A stretch of 63,299 nt of DNA, the filler included. It is 5 parts of 5 records of this genome, joined end to end, with 100 filler letters (N's around TTAATTAATTAA, not from the genome) between each part and the next. Parts side by side here need not be neighbours in the genome. Positions count along the whole stretch, not along the records: positions 1 to 11,713 come from DRR378314_1149; positions 11,814 to 30,270 come from DRR378314_1153; 3 more parts are not named here. One strand, given 5' to 3'. Below the pieces are notes generated by a model. It saw only the letters and a list, made by a program, of their open reading frames with translations, did not search any database and had not been told where the DNA came from. The first letter of the stretch is position 1. Every line of letters starts with the position of its first letter. The position numbers and the translations under genes are program-made. This document shows positions 9,655 to 17,105 of this stretch, one piece after another.

Positions 9655-9659
9655 AACGC

Positions 9660-9857
9660 TTACTCCTGTTTCAGTGCTGCAGCATCCAGCGCTTGTTTCA
9701 GCACGGCGTTGTCACCAATGTGGTTCGCCAGCACCAGCACCAGGCGCGCATTCAGCGCATCGCTGTCGGCTTGCTCAAGCCCTTCATGCGCGGCCAGCAG
9801 ATCGGCATAGAAATCGTCCGCACGGGTCAGGTTGGGTGAGAGGATCAGATCAGACAT
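9660..9857 (-). CDS. DUF2783 family small protein
   Basis: PNL..ADDFYADLLAAHEGL...SDALNARLVLVLANHIGD. Confidence 0.85.
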   Translation of the reverse strand: MSDLILSPNLTRADDFYADLLAAHEGLEQADSDALNARLVLVLANHIGDNAVLKQALDAAALKQE

Positions 9858-9862
9858 ATCGC

Positions 9863-11473
9863 TTACTCCTTGCCTGTGACACGGCGAACCGCGTGCCGGA
9901 ATGCATTTTCTTCATAGGTGTCGCGGCGGGCCGCCACATGCTGATCGGGACGGATCAAATAAACCGCGCTGGAAGCATCGCCCAAATAGCGGCGTTTCAA
10001 TGTCTGTGTCGGATCATCCTTGACCGACAAGGCCAGGCGTTTGACGGCGATCCCGTCCACCTCGATCTCATCCGGCGCGTCCGCGTCGATGGTCAGTAAC
10101 GTGAACTCTCCTGCCAGCTTGGACAGCAAGAACGCATCCCCCAAGGGCGCATCGGGGCAGGGCGCGCCTGGTCGGGTTTCTGCCGGTCCGTTCAATGCAT
10201 CTGCCGAGTTCAGAGGCGATCCGTCATAGATGCAAGGCACGCTCAGCCGGCCTGAATTCACCAGCGGGCGGGCAAAATCATAATGCTCGCTCAAATCCAG
10301 TACTGCGTCGCGGAACACGCGCGACATGGCCGATTTTGGCGTGATGAAATCGGTGGAACGGGTCGAGTTCAGAATATTCTCATCCGCGCCCTGAATACGC
10401 TCGGCATCATAGCTGTCGAGCAGCGATTCAGGGGCTTTGCCGTCGATCACCAATTTCAGCTTCCAGCACAGGTTATCAGTGTCCTGCACGCCCGAGTTTG
10501 CGCCGCGTGCACCGAAGGGGCTGACCTGATGTGCGCTGTCGCCTGCAAAGATCACGCGTCCATGGCGGAACTGTTCCATCCGGCGGCACTGGAAGGTGTA
10601 AATGCTGACCCATTCAAGCTCGAATTGAACATCTTCACCCAGCATGGCCTTGAGGCGTGGGATGACGTTCTCGGGACGCTTTTCGCGTTCCTTGTCGATG
10701 TCCCAACCCAGTTGCAGGTCGATCCGCCAGACCCCATCGGGTTGTTTGTGCAGCAATGCCGACTGGCCTCTGTTGAATGGTGGATCAAACCAGAACCAGC
10801 GCTCCGTGGGGAAATCGGCCTCCATCACCACATCGGCGATCAGGAAGTTGTCTTCGAACACGCGGCCTACGAAATCCTTGCCCAGCATTGCCCGCATGGG
10901 TGAGCCCGCACCGTCACAGGCAATGACCCAATCCGCCTCGATAGTGTAAGAGCCTTCGGGTGTTTCAACCTCAAGCTTGACGTGATCGGGATGGGTGCCC
11001 ACGGCCTCGACCTTGTTGCGGCCCCGGATTTCGATGGGCGCGCCCTGTTCCTGCAATTCACGGACGCGGTCGACCAGGAACTGCTCAAAATAATATTGCT
11101 GAAGGTTGATGAAAGCCGGGCGCTGGTCCCCGCTGTCAGGCTGTAGGTCGAACTCATAGACCTGACGTTCGTCAAAGAACACCTTGCCCTTGTTCCACAG
11201 AACACCCTTGTCCACCATGGGCTGACCACAGCCCAGCCGGTCAAGGATTTCCAGCGGGCGTTTGGCAAAACAGATGGCGCGGCTGCCGAAGCTGACTTTG
11301 TCGTTGTCATCCAGTACCAGAACCTCGACCCCTTGCTGCGCCAGATCGATGGCGGCCGCCAGGCCAATGGGCCCTGCGCCAACGACGATAACCTTGTGGC
11401 GCACCGGCGCGGGGGCGGATTGGTCCGGGCTGGCCTCGTAGGCGTAAAGTGGAACTTCGAAAATCTTGTTCAC
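9863..11473 (-). CDS. FAD-dependent monooxygenase (MhpA/UbiH-like)
   Basis: GTG start at 11473; VVGAGPIGL, IACDGAGS, FAGDSAHQVSPFGARGANSG, C-terminal LIRPDQHV. Confidence 0.9.
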   Translation of the reverse strand: MNKIFEVPLYAYEASPDQSAPAPVRHKVIVVGAGPIGLAAAIDLAQQGVEVLVLDDNDKVSFGSRAICFAKRPLEILDRLGCGQPMVDKGVLWNKGKVFFDERQVYEFDLQPDSGDQRPAFINLQQYYFEQFLVDRVRELQEQGAPIEIRGRNKVEAVGTHPDHVKLEVETPEGSYTIEADWVIACDGAGSPMRAMLGKDFVGRVFEDNFLIADVVMEADFPTERWFWFDPPFNRGQSALLHKQPDGVWRIDLQLGWDIDKEREKRPENVIPRLKAMLGEDVQFELEWVSIYTFQCRRMEQFRHGRVIFAGDSAHQVSPFGARGANSGVQDTDNLCWKLKLVIDGKAPESLLDSYDAERIQGADENILNSTRSTDFITPKSAMSRVFRDAVLDLSEHYDFARPLVNSGRLSVPCIYDGSPLNSADALNGPAETRPGAPCPDAPLGDAFLLSKLAGEFTLLTIDADAPDEIEVDGIAVKRLALSVKDDPTQTLKRRYLGDASSAVYLIRPDQHVAARRDTYEENAFRHAVRRVTGKE

Positions 11474-11607
11474 GGTCTCTCTCCCAGTTCTGGTGCAGCG
11501 GGCACATCTCATCTGTTCCCCGGCGCGGCATCGCCGGAGGGTTGGTGTTAGCGTTTCACTGTCAAACCCGGGCCGCCACGATCTGGATCAAATTCGGCCC
11601 GGAATTC

Positions 11608-11712
11608 TTAACTCTGCAGGGCTTCCCACATGTCCAGATCGCGCTGGGCGGTCCAGATGCGGGGTGTGTCGATGCCGCGGGCTTCGTCATAGGCGCGGGC
11701 GACGTTGAAGGG
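11608..11712 (-). CDS. C-terminal fragment of an MBL-fold metallo-hydrolase (5' end off the contig)
   Basis: Manual translation PFNVARAYDEARGIDTPRIWTAQRDLDMWEALQS*, the C-terminus of the family usually found upstream of this monooxygenase. Confidence 0.7.
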   Translation of the reverse strand, partial: PFNVARAYDEARGIDTPRIWTAQRDLDMWEALQS

Positions 11713-11713
11713 C

Positions 11714-11813
11714 NNNNNNNNNNNNNNNNNNNNNNNNNNNNNNNNNNNNNNNNNNNNTTAATTAATTAANNNNNNNNNNNNNNNNNNNNNNNNNNNNNNN
11801 NNNNNNNNNNNNN
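11714..11813. other. Artificial contig-joining spacer
   Basis: N-run, TTAATTAATTAA (stops in all six frames), N-run; 100 nt. Confidence 0.99.
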
Positions 11814-11847
11814 ATTGGGGGAGGCGCACAGGCCGCCACACACAAGT

Positions 11848-12009
11848 CGTCACCCCCGATGGCCAAAGGCCATCTGGGGGCCCATCTTCGAACAGCGCGG
11901 CAGGGAACAAGGGGACAGAGGAGACTGAATCCCCTGAACCGCGCAGGACGCACTTGGCGGCCCTGTTCCGAGATGGGCCCCCAGACCGCTGGCGCGGTCG
12001 GGGGTGACG
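11848..12009. repeat. CGTC-type REP doublet 1 (two inverted ~40-nt palindromic units)
   Basis: 11848-11887 CGTCACCCCCGA-TGGCCAAAGGCCA-TCTGGGGGCCCATCT. 11971-12009 AGATGGGCCCCCAGA-CCGCTGGCGCGG-TCGGGGGTGACG is its reverse complement except for the inner hairpin. Confidence 0.9.
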
Positions 12010-12032
12010 CCAAGGAGGGTAAACCGTGTTCC

Positions 12033-12335
12033 CTACCCCGTAATCTCGAACCACAAATCCTTCCAATCGGGATTGCGCTCCGTGATCAGATTGATCTTGT
12101 TCTTCCGCCGATAGGATTTCAGGGATTTTTCGCGAGCAATCGCTGTGCTGATCTCATCATGCAACTCATACCAGACGAGCGTCTTGCACCCATACTTCTG
12201 CGTGAACCCGCCGAAAATGCCTTCACGGTGTTGCCAGACACGCTGGACAAGGTGGGACGTAACCCCGGTGTAGAGCGCGCCCTGCTTGCGATTGGCCATC
12301 ATGTAGACGGCAATTATGCGGTCCTCATTGGCCAT
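12033..12335 (-). CDS. Small stand-alone GIY-YIG nuclease (YhbQ/UPF0213-like)
   Basis: AVYMMAN..GALYTGVTSHL..RVWQHREG..GFT.KYG...LVWYE....AIAREKSLK...R..KINLI...NPDWKDL; catalytic Y, Y, R and E present. Confidence 0.93.
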   Translation of the reverse strand: MANEDRIIAVYMMANRKQGALYTGVTSHLVQRVWQHREGIFGGFTQKYGCKTLVWYELHDEISTAIAREKSLKSYRRKNKINLITERNPDWKDLWFEITG

Positions 12336-12379
12336 GCCCAGCCCCCTTCCCCAACCTCCCTACACAATAACAAAGGTCG

Positions 12380-12540
12380 CGTCATTCCCGATGGCCGCAG
12401 GCCATCTGGGAACCCATCTCTGAACGAAATGGCAGAGTACGCCATGTATTGTGTGGGGAAACCCGCACGCCCCCCGCACCGGACGCACCCGGTCGCCGCG
12501 TTCAGAGATGGCCCCCAGACGCTGCGCGTCGGGGGTGACG
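12380..12540. repeat. CGTC-type REP doublet 2 (direct repeat of doublet 1)
   Basis: 12380-12419 CGTCATTCCCGA-TGGCCGCAGGCCA-TCTGGGAACCCATCT and 12506-12540 AGATGGCCCCCAGACGCTGCGCGTCGGGGGTGACG. Inner extension CTGAACG/CGTTCAG. Confidence 0.9.
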
Positions 12541-12559
12541 CCAAGAGGAGGGGAAATAC

Positions 12560-12629
12560 GTAGAGCGGGTCACGACCCGCCAAGGGATGAAACCACGTGG
12601 CGGATTGGTCTTTGCTAGCCGCCCAATAC
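12560..12629. repeat. GTAG-type REP plus a degenerate inverted partner
   Basis: GTAGA-GCGGGTC-AC-GACCCGC-C at 12560-12581; GGCGGATTGG...CTAGCCGCCCAATAC at 12599-12629. Confidence 0.55.
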
Positions 12630-12630
12630 G

Positions 12631-13452
12631 TTATCGAGGGTCGCCGATCATATCAGCTTCGGTCAGATCCAGTAGAAATCGGATAAATGCGACCGATAAG
12701 CTCACGAATGCCACCGCTACCTCAAAAGGTGGAGGAGTCGGATCTGGGTCGGTATCTGCGTGACGGTAGGAATGAGCACCGTCTGCATGCTTTCCAAAGG
12801 CGGATAAAAGTAACTTGCTCGCGTCGGCCGCGCGCCCTGAGTATTTGGATTTTATCCGCGGAACAAGTGACTCCGTTATAGACTTAGAGCCCAAACGACT
12901 TGCTCCAGTCTGCTGTTTAAAAACGTTCTCGGCAGCATCAAAAGCATACCGCACAGCGTCTAATGTTCCGGTTCCATCAGGTTTGAGACTCTTGAAACAT
13001 ATCTCCAAAGACTGATGGGCAGCTACAAACTTCGATGATGCTAAACTTTCTAATATGGATAATCTGCTTTGCTCGAATTCGGCATCGACCAACGGATGGA
13101 TACTGCCGTCAGAATCAATCCTGTAAAATAAATTCTCTTCGAGAAAAATTCGGGAGATTTTAGCTACCCACACAGAAAACTGGCTTGAGTAGTTCGCTTT
13201 TAGCAATTCTGCGATAAGCGTGATGGAATCCAAGAAATCCCGAAGCTCACAATTTTGAAAAAACTCCTCAAAATTCCAATCATAGTAAGAACTGGGGACC
13301 TCGACTCCGAGCTCCGTTCGTATCACTGCGGGAAGTTTACTTTTGATCGATTCCGAGAGTTCAAAAAAATACCCAAACACCCTTCTTCGAGCTCTTTCAG
13401 AGTCGTCACCAAGCTTTCCAAGCTCGATATACTTACGACTGTATAGTGTCAT
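12631..13452 (-). CDS. AbiJ-NTD4-like / HEPN-like protein, candidate anti-phage effector
   Basis: Visibly AT-rich relative to its flanks. LYSRKY N-terminus, ELRDFLDSIT, RIFLEENLFYRID, DAVRYAFDAAENVFK and C-terminal AHSYRHA. Family assignment is by recognition only. Confidence 0.6.
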   Translation of the reverse strand: MTLYSRKYIELGKLGDDSERARRRVFGYFFELSESIKSKLPAVIRTELGVEVPSSYYDWNFEEFFQNCELRDFLDSITLIAELLKANYSSQFSVWVAKISRIFLEENLFYRIDSDGSIHPLVDAEFEQSRLSILESLASSKFVAAHQSLEICFKSLKPDGTGTLDAVRYAFDAAENVFKQQTGASRLGSKSITESLVPRIKSKYSGRAADASKLLLSAFGKHADGAHSYRHADTDPDPTPPPFEVAVAFVSLSVAFIRFLLDLTEADMIGDPR

Positions 13453-13499
13453 AAACAAACATCCCGTGTGCTACTTATCCGCGCAACATTCCAACGCCC

Positions 13500-14597
13500 C
13501 TAACTCATCCACCTCAGCACACGGGGTTCAATCGGGTTCGTGAAGTCGCGGCCTTCTGTCCGGCATTCCGTCCACTCACGTTTTAGCCGCTGGTACCATT
13601 TGGCCTGGATGTCGATATCGTCTATCCACATCATGGCTTTCTGGTGGGCCATGCCCTGGTTTTGCAGATCCACCATGTCGCCATCCTGGCGCAGGAATTT
13701 GCGGGCCATCGGCTTGGCGATCGGCACGGCGAGGTGCAGCAGCGGCGCGCCGGTCCACCAGGTGAACTGGGTGATCCGTGTACGTTTCGGCGCCTCTGGC
13801 GTAAGGCAGGTGAGCGTCAGCAGGCGGGCTTTGTCATTCGAGATAATTTCCCAGCGATAGCCGGGCAGCTGGAACCGGATCTCGGTTTCCACATCATCCC
13901 CGAAGACCCAGCGATACAATTTCGAGTTCGAGCTGGGCGGATGGCGGTCAATCGCCCAGCCGCGCTCCGTCGGGATGAAGGGCTTCTCTTTCAGCTTCAG
14001 GCCGACCGAGGGCGGACGCCACCACCATTGATTGTGCACGAAGGGCACATGGGCCGGGTCCATCAGGCCTACCACGGCATCATCCATATGGGCGTTGAAC
14101 ACGTCATGGATGACAAAGCCGGGCTTTTCCGGCAGCGGGCCGAATTCCGGCGGCGGCACGGCGGGGGGCGTGTCCGCGCGGGGATTGTGCGCGACATAGA
14201 GATAGACCGCGCCATTCGCCTCATGCACCGGATAGCGGCGCACTTTTACCCTGGACGGGTCATAGGGGCTGTCGTCGGTGAGGGATGGCATCAGCTTGCA
14301 GCCGCCATCCGTGCCGAAGCGCCAGCCATGATACGGGCATTGCAGCGTCCACTCGCCATCGGTTTCCAGTTGCTGGCCCGCCGATAGCGGCACAAGCCGG
14401 TGCGGGCAGATATCACGCAGGGCGAACGCCTCCCCTGCCGGAGTGCGGCCGACCACGACGGGTTCGCCCAGCACCATGATGCGCTGCTGCTTGCCGGGCT
14501 TCAGCTCATCCGAGGGCGCGGCCAGATACCAGCTATCGGTCAGGAAGCCATCATCGGTGATGCCCTGCTTGGGCGCATTATGCTGTGTGTCGGGCAT
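13500..14597 (-). CDS. Rieske non-heme iron oxygenase (VanA-like)
   Basis: DICPHR...CPYHGW Rieske motif; MDPAHVPFVH mononuclear Fe site. Confidence 0.9.
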   Translation of the reverse strand: MPDTQHNAPKQGITDDGFLTDSWYLAAPSDELKPGKQQRIMVLGEPVVVGRTPAGEAFALRDICPHRLVPLSAGQQLETDGEWTLQCPYHGWRFGTDGGCKLMPSLTDDSPYDPSRVKVRRYPVHEANGAVYLYVAHNPRADTPPAVPPPEFGPLPEKPGFVIHDVFNAHMDDAVVGLMDPAHVPFVHNQWWWRPPSVGLKLKEKPFIPTERGWAIDRHPPSSNSKLYRWVFGDDVETEIRFQLPGYRWEIISNDKARLLTLTCLTPEAPKRTRITQFTWWTGAPLLHLAVPIAKPMARKFLRQDGDMVDLQNQGMAHQKAMMWIDDIDIQAKWYQRLKREWTECRTEGRDFTNPIEPRVLRWMS

Positions 14598-14752
14598 GGG
14601 CGGGGCCGTTTGTTCAAGTGAGACGCCTGATTACCGCATTTGACGGGGGCGAACCAGTGTTCGGGCTGTCGCGCATATGGCGCCGAATATTGCCAGCGCG
14701 GCAATTGGCAATATGGTGTCGCCTTTGGCGAGGAAACAATGGGGTATCGGGC

Positions 14753-16342
14753 ATGGCCGAGACAGTGACCAACAAGGGATTCCTGGGATGGGTGGAGAAG
14801 ACGGGCAACCGGCTGCCCGATCCGGTCTTCCTGTTCTTCTACCTGATCATCGCCCTGATGGCGATTTCGCAGATCGCGGCCTGGACCAGTTTCAGCGCGC
14901 CGCACCCGACGCAGGTAACAGACGGCGGCACGCCGTTGATCATCGAGTCGGCCAGCCTGTTCTCGGCGGAAAACATCCAGCGACTCTGGGTGGAGATGCC
15001 GAAAACGTTCACACACTTCCATCCACTTGGCTATGTGCTGGTCGTGATGCTGGGCGCGGGCGTGGCAGAGCGCTCGGGCCTGTTCTCAAGCGCAATTCGC
15101 GCAGCCGTGCGCAATGCGCCGAAATTCCTGCTGACGCCACTGGTCGCGCTGGTGGCCATGCTGTCGAACCATGCCGCCGATGCGGGCTATGTGGTGATGA
15201 TCCCGCTGGCAGGCATCCTGTTTGCCTCGGCCGGGCGCCACCCTCTGGCAGGGATCGCCGCGGCCTTTGCGGGCGTCTCGGGCGGGTTTTCGGCCAATAT
15301 CTCCCCCGGCCAACTCGACGCGCTGTTGTTCGGCATCACCGAGGCCGCTTATGGCGCGAGCAATATCGATGCGGGCTGGACGATGAACATTGCCGGCAAC
15401 ACGTACTTCATCATCGCGCTGCTGCTGATCTACCTGCCGGTCATCTGGTTCGTGACGGACAAGGTGATCGAACCGCGCCTTGGCAAATGGACCCCTGCCC
15501 CGGACGCAGCCGTTCAGGCGGGCGATGAAGACAAGCCGTTGACCGCTGAGCAGCAAAAGGGCCTGCGCATGGCCGGGCTCGCCGTGCTGGGCGTGTGCGC
15601 CCTGTGGGCCCTGATGACGTTCGGGCCGGGTACGCCGCTTCTGGCGGATGGACCGGGCACAGATGGCGACCCGTGGTACCAGAAGGCCGGGCCATTCTTC
15701 CGGTCGCTGGTCGCGGGTTTCCTCATCCTGTTCCTGGCGGCAGGCTGGGCCTATGGCGCGGCGGCCAATACGATCAACAATCACCGTGACCTCGTGAACA
15801 TGATGACCGAGGCGATGAAGGATCTGGGCTATTACCTCGTCCTCGCCTTCGCGGCGGCCCATTTCGTGGCGATGTTCGGCTGGTCCAATCTGGGCCTGAT
15901 TTCGGCAGTGCATGGCGCAGATGCGATCCAGTCAAGCGGCCTGCCGCTGCCGATCGTTCTGGGCCTCATCGTGCTGTTCTCGGCGCTCCTGAACCTGTTT
16001 GTCGGCTCGGCCAGCGCGAAGTGGGCGCTATTGGCGCCTGTGCTGGTGCCGATGCTGATGCTGCTGGGTGTCAGCCCGGAAGGCGCGACGGCCGCTTATC
16101 GCGTGGGCGATGGCGCGACGAACATCATCACGCCGCTGATGGTCTACTTCCCGCTGATCCTGGTGTTTGCGCGGCGCTGGCAGACCGATTTCGGGCTCGG
16201 CAGCCTGACGGCAATGATGATCCCGTATTCGGTGTGGATGCTGATCACGGGCGTGGTGCTGATGATGGGCTGGATCTTCCTCGGGCTTGATTTCGGCCCC
16301 GGCGCGCCGGCGGACATCATAGTGCCGGGCACGGGCGGCTGA
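14753..16342 (+). CDS. abgT: AbgT family transporter
   Basis: FLGWVEKTGNRLPDP, GRHPLAGIAAAFAGVSGGFSAN, GSASAKW, AYRVGDGATNIITPL. Confidence 0.92.
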   Translation: MAETVTNKGFLGWVEKTGNRLPDPVFLFFYLIIALMAISQIAAWTSFSAPHPTQVTDGGTPLIIESASLFSAENIQRLWVEMPKTFTHFHPLGYVLVVMLGAGVAERSGLFSSAIRAAVRNAPKFLLTPLVALVAMLSNHAADAGYVVMIPLAGILFASAGRHPLAGIAAAFAGVSGGFSANISPGQLDALLFGITEAAYGASNIDAGWTMNIAGNTYFIIALLLIYLPVIWFVTDKVIEPRLGKWTPAPDAAVQAGDEDKPLTAEQQKGLRMAGLAVLGVCALWALMTFGPGTPLLADGPGTDGDPWYQKAGPFFRSLVAGFLILFLAAGWAYGAAANTINNHRDLVNMMTEAMKDLGYYLVLAFAAAHFVAMFGWSNLGLISAVHGADAIQSSGLPLPIVLGLIVLFSALLNLFVGSASAKWALLAPVLVPMLMLLGVSPEGATAAYRVGDGATNIITPLMVYFPLILVFARRWQTDFGLGSLTAMMIPYSVWMLITGVVLMMGWIFLGLDFGPGAPADIIVPGTGG

Positions 16343-16366
16343 GCCCGATACAGCACCAGACATGGC

Positions 16367-16399
16367 AAGCCCGGCCTGACGCGTGTCAGAGCCGGGCTT
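16367..16399. terminator. Hairpin between convergent genes (probable terminator)
   Basis: AAGCCCGGC-CTGAC-gcgt-GTCAG-a-GCCGGGCTT between abgT and the DUF892 gene. Confidence 0.6.
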
Positions 16400-16426
16400 C
16401 CTCCCGTATCGGTGCGGTGTGCGGGT

Positions 16427-16921
16427 CTAGGCGGCTTCGCGATTTACTTCACCTTCGGCCAGCTGGGACATTTCCCGGTCGCCGGAATAGGTGCTGTCGA
16501 GACAGGCTTGCAGCGTGCGTACATCATCGCTCAAACGCAGGCGGCGAGCGAAGGCAACAACGGTGCCATAGCCGGCCAGGGCATAGTGCGTCATGCGCTG
16601 GTACTGGGAGATGATCGACGCATCGAGCACATCCTTGTCTTCAATATCGGCTTCAATGGCGTGCGCCTTGGCTTCCTTCACCAAGCCTTCCATGCCCTGG
16701 CAGAATTCGCCGCGCGGATCGGCCTCGTGCTTGCGGATCAGGCCCTCAACGGCGTCGATACCGTCTTCAATACCCTTCACGCCGCGCTGGAGCGCGTCTT
16801 TCAGCTTTGCATTGCTGGCCTTGTCGGCGAGCTTCTGCGTGACTTTCAGGGACTGGCGGTTGGCGCTGTAAAGGTCTTGCAGCTGGTCAATGTAGAGATC
16901 ATTCAGAGTGGTGATACTCAT
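16427..16921 (-). CDS. Ferritin-like DUF892 (YciE/YciF) stress protein
   Basis: TLNDLYIDQLQDLYSA, CQGMEGLVKEA, DASII..YQRMTHYALAGYGT. Confidence 0.9.
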   Translation of the reverse strand: MSITTLNDLYIDQLQDLYSANRQSLKVTQKLADKASNAKLKDALQRGVKGIEDGIDAVEGLIRKHEADPRGEFCQGMEGLVKEAKAHAIEADIEDKDVLDASIISQYQRMTHYALAGYGTVVAFARRLRLSDDVRTLQACLDSTYSGDREMSQLAEGEVNREAA

Positions 16922-16964
16922 GGGGGAACCCTTCCGTGCGTTCGTATTCTTGTGACGCTGAATC

Positions 16965-16989
16965 AATGGAAGGCCGGGCCAATCGTTCC
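16965..16989 (-). promoter_or_regulatory. EcfG/SigT (general stress response) promoter
   Basis: Minus strand GGAAC-N16-CATT, 44 nt upstream of the DUF892 gene start. Confidence 0.7.
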
Positions 16990-17105
16990 GGAATTGCCCG
17001 AATTTAATGGAAAACAGCGATATTCTGCCCGTATGCGGCCCTGTGGCATGCTCTGCCTGAACGAGACCGCTTCCCGACAGGGCAAAGCGCGGCTATATCC
17101 CGCCC

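Noticed and set aside
11714-11813. TTAATTAATTAA palindrome within N-runs, repeated four times in the window
   Set aside because: An identical 100-nt synthetic linker. It is not biological, and ORFs ending in XXXLIN are artefacts.
11848-12540. CRISPR array or IS terminal inverted repeats
   Set aside because: The units alternate in orientation with irregular spacing, and there is no cas gene or DDE/HUH transposase. They fit REP doublets better.
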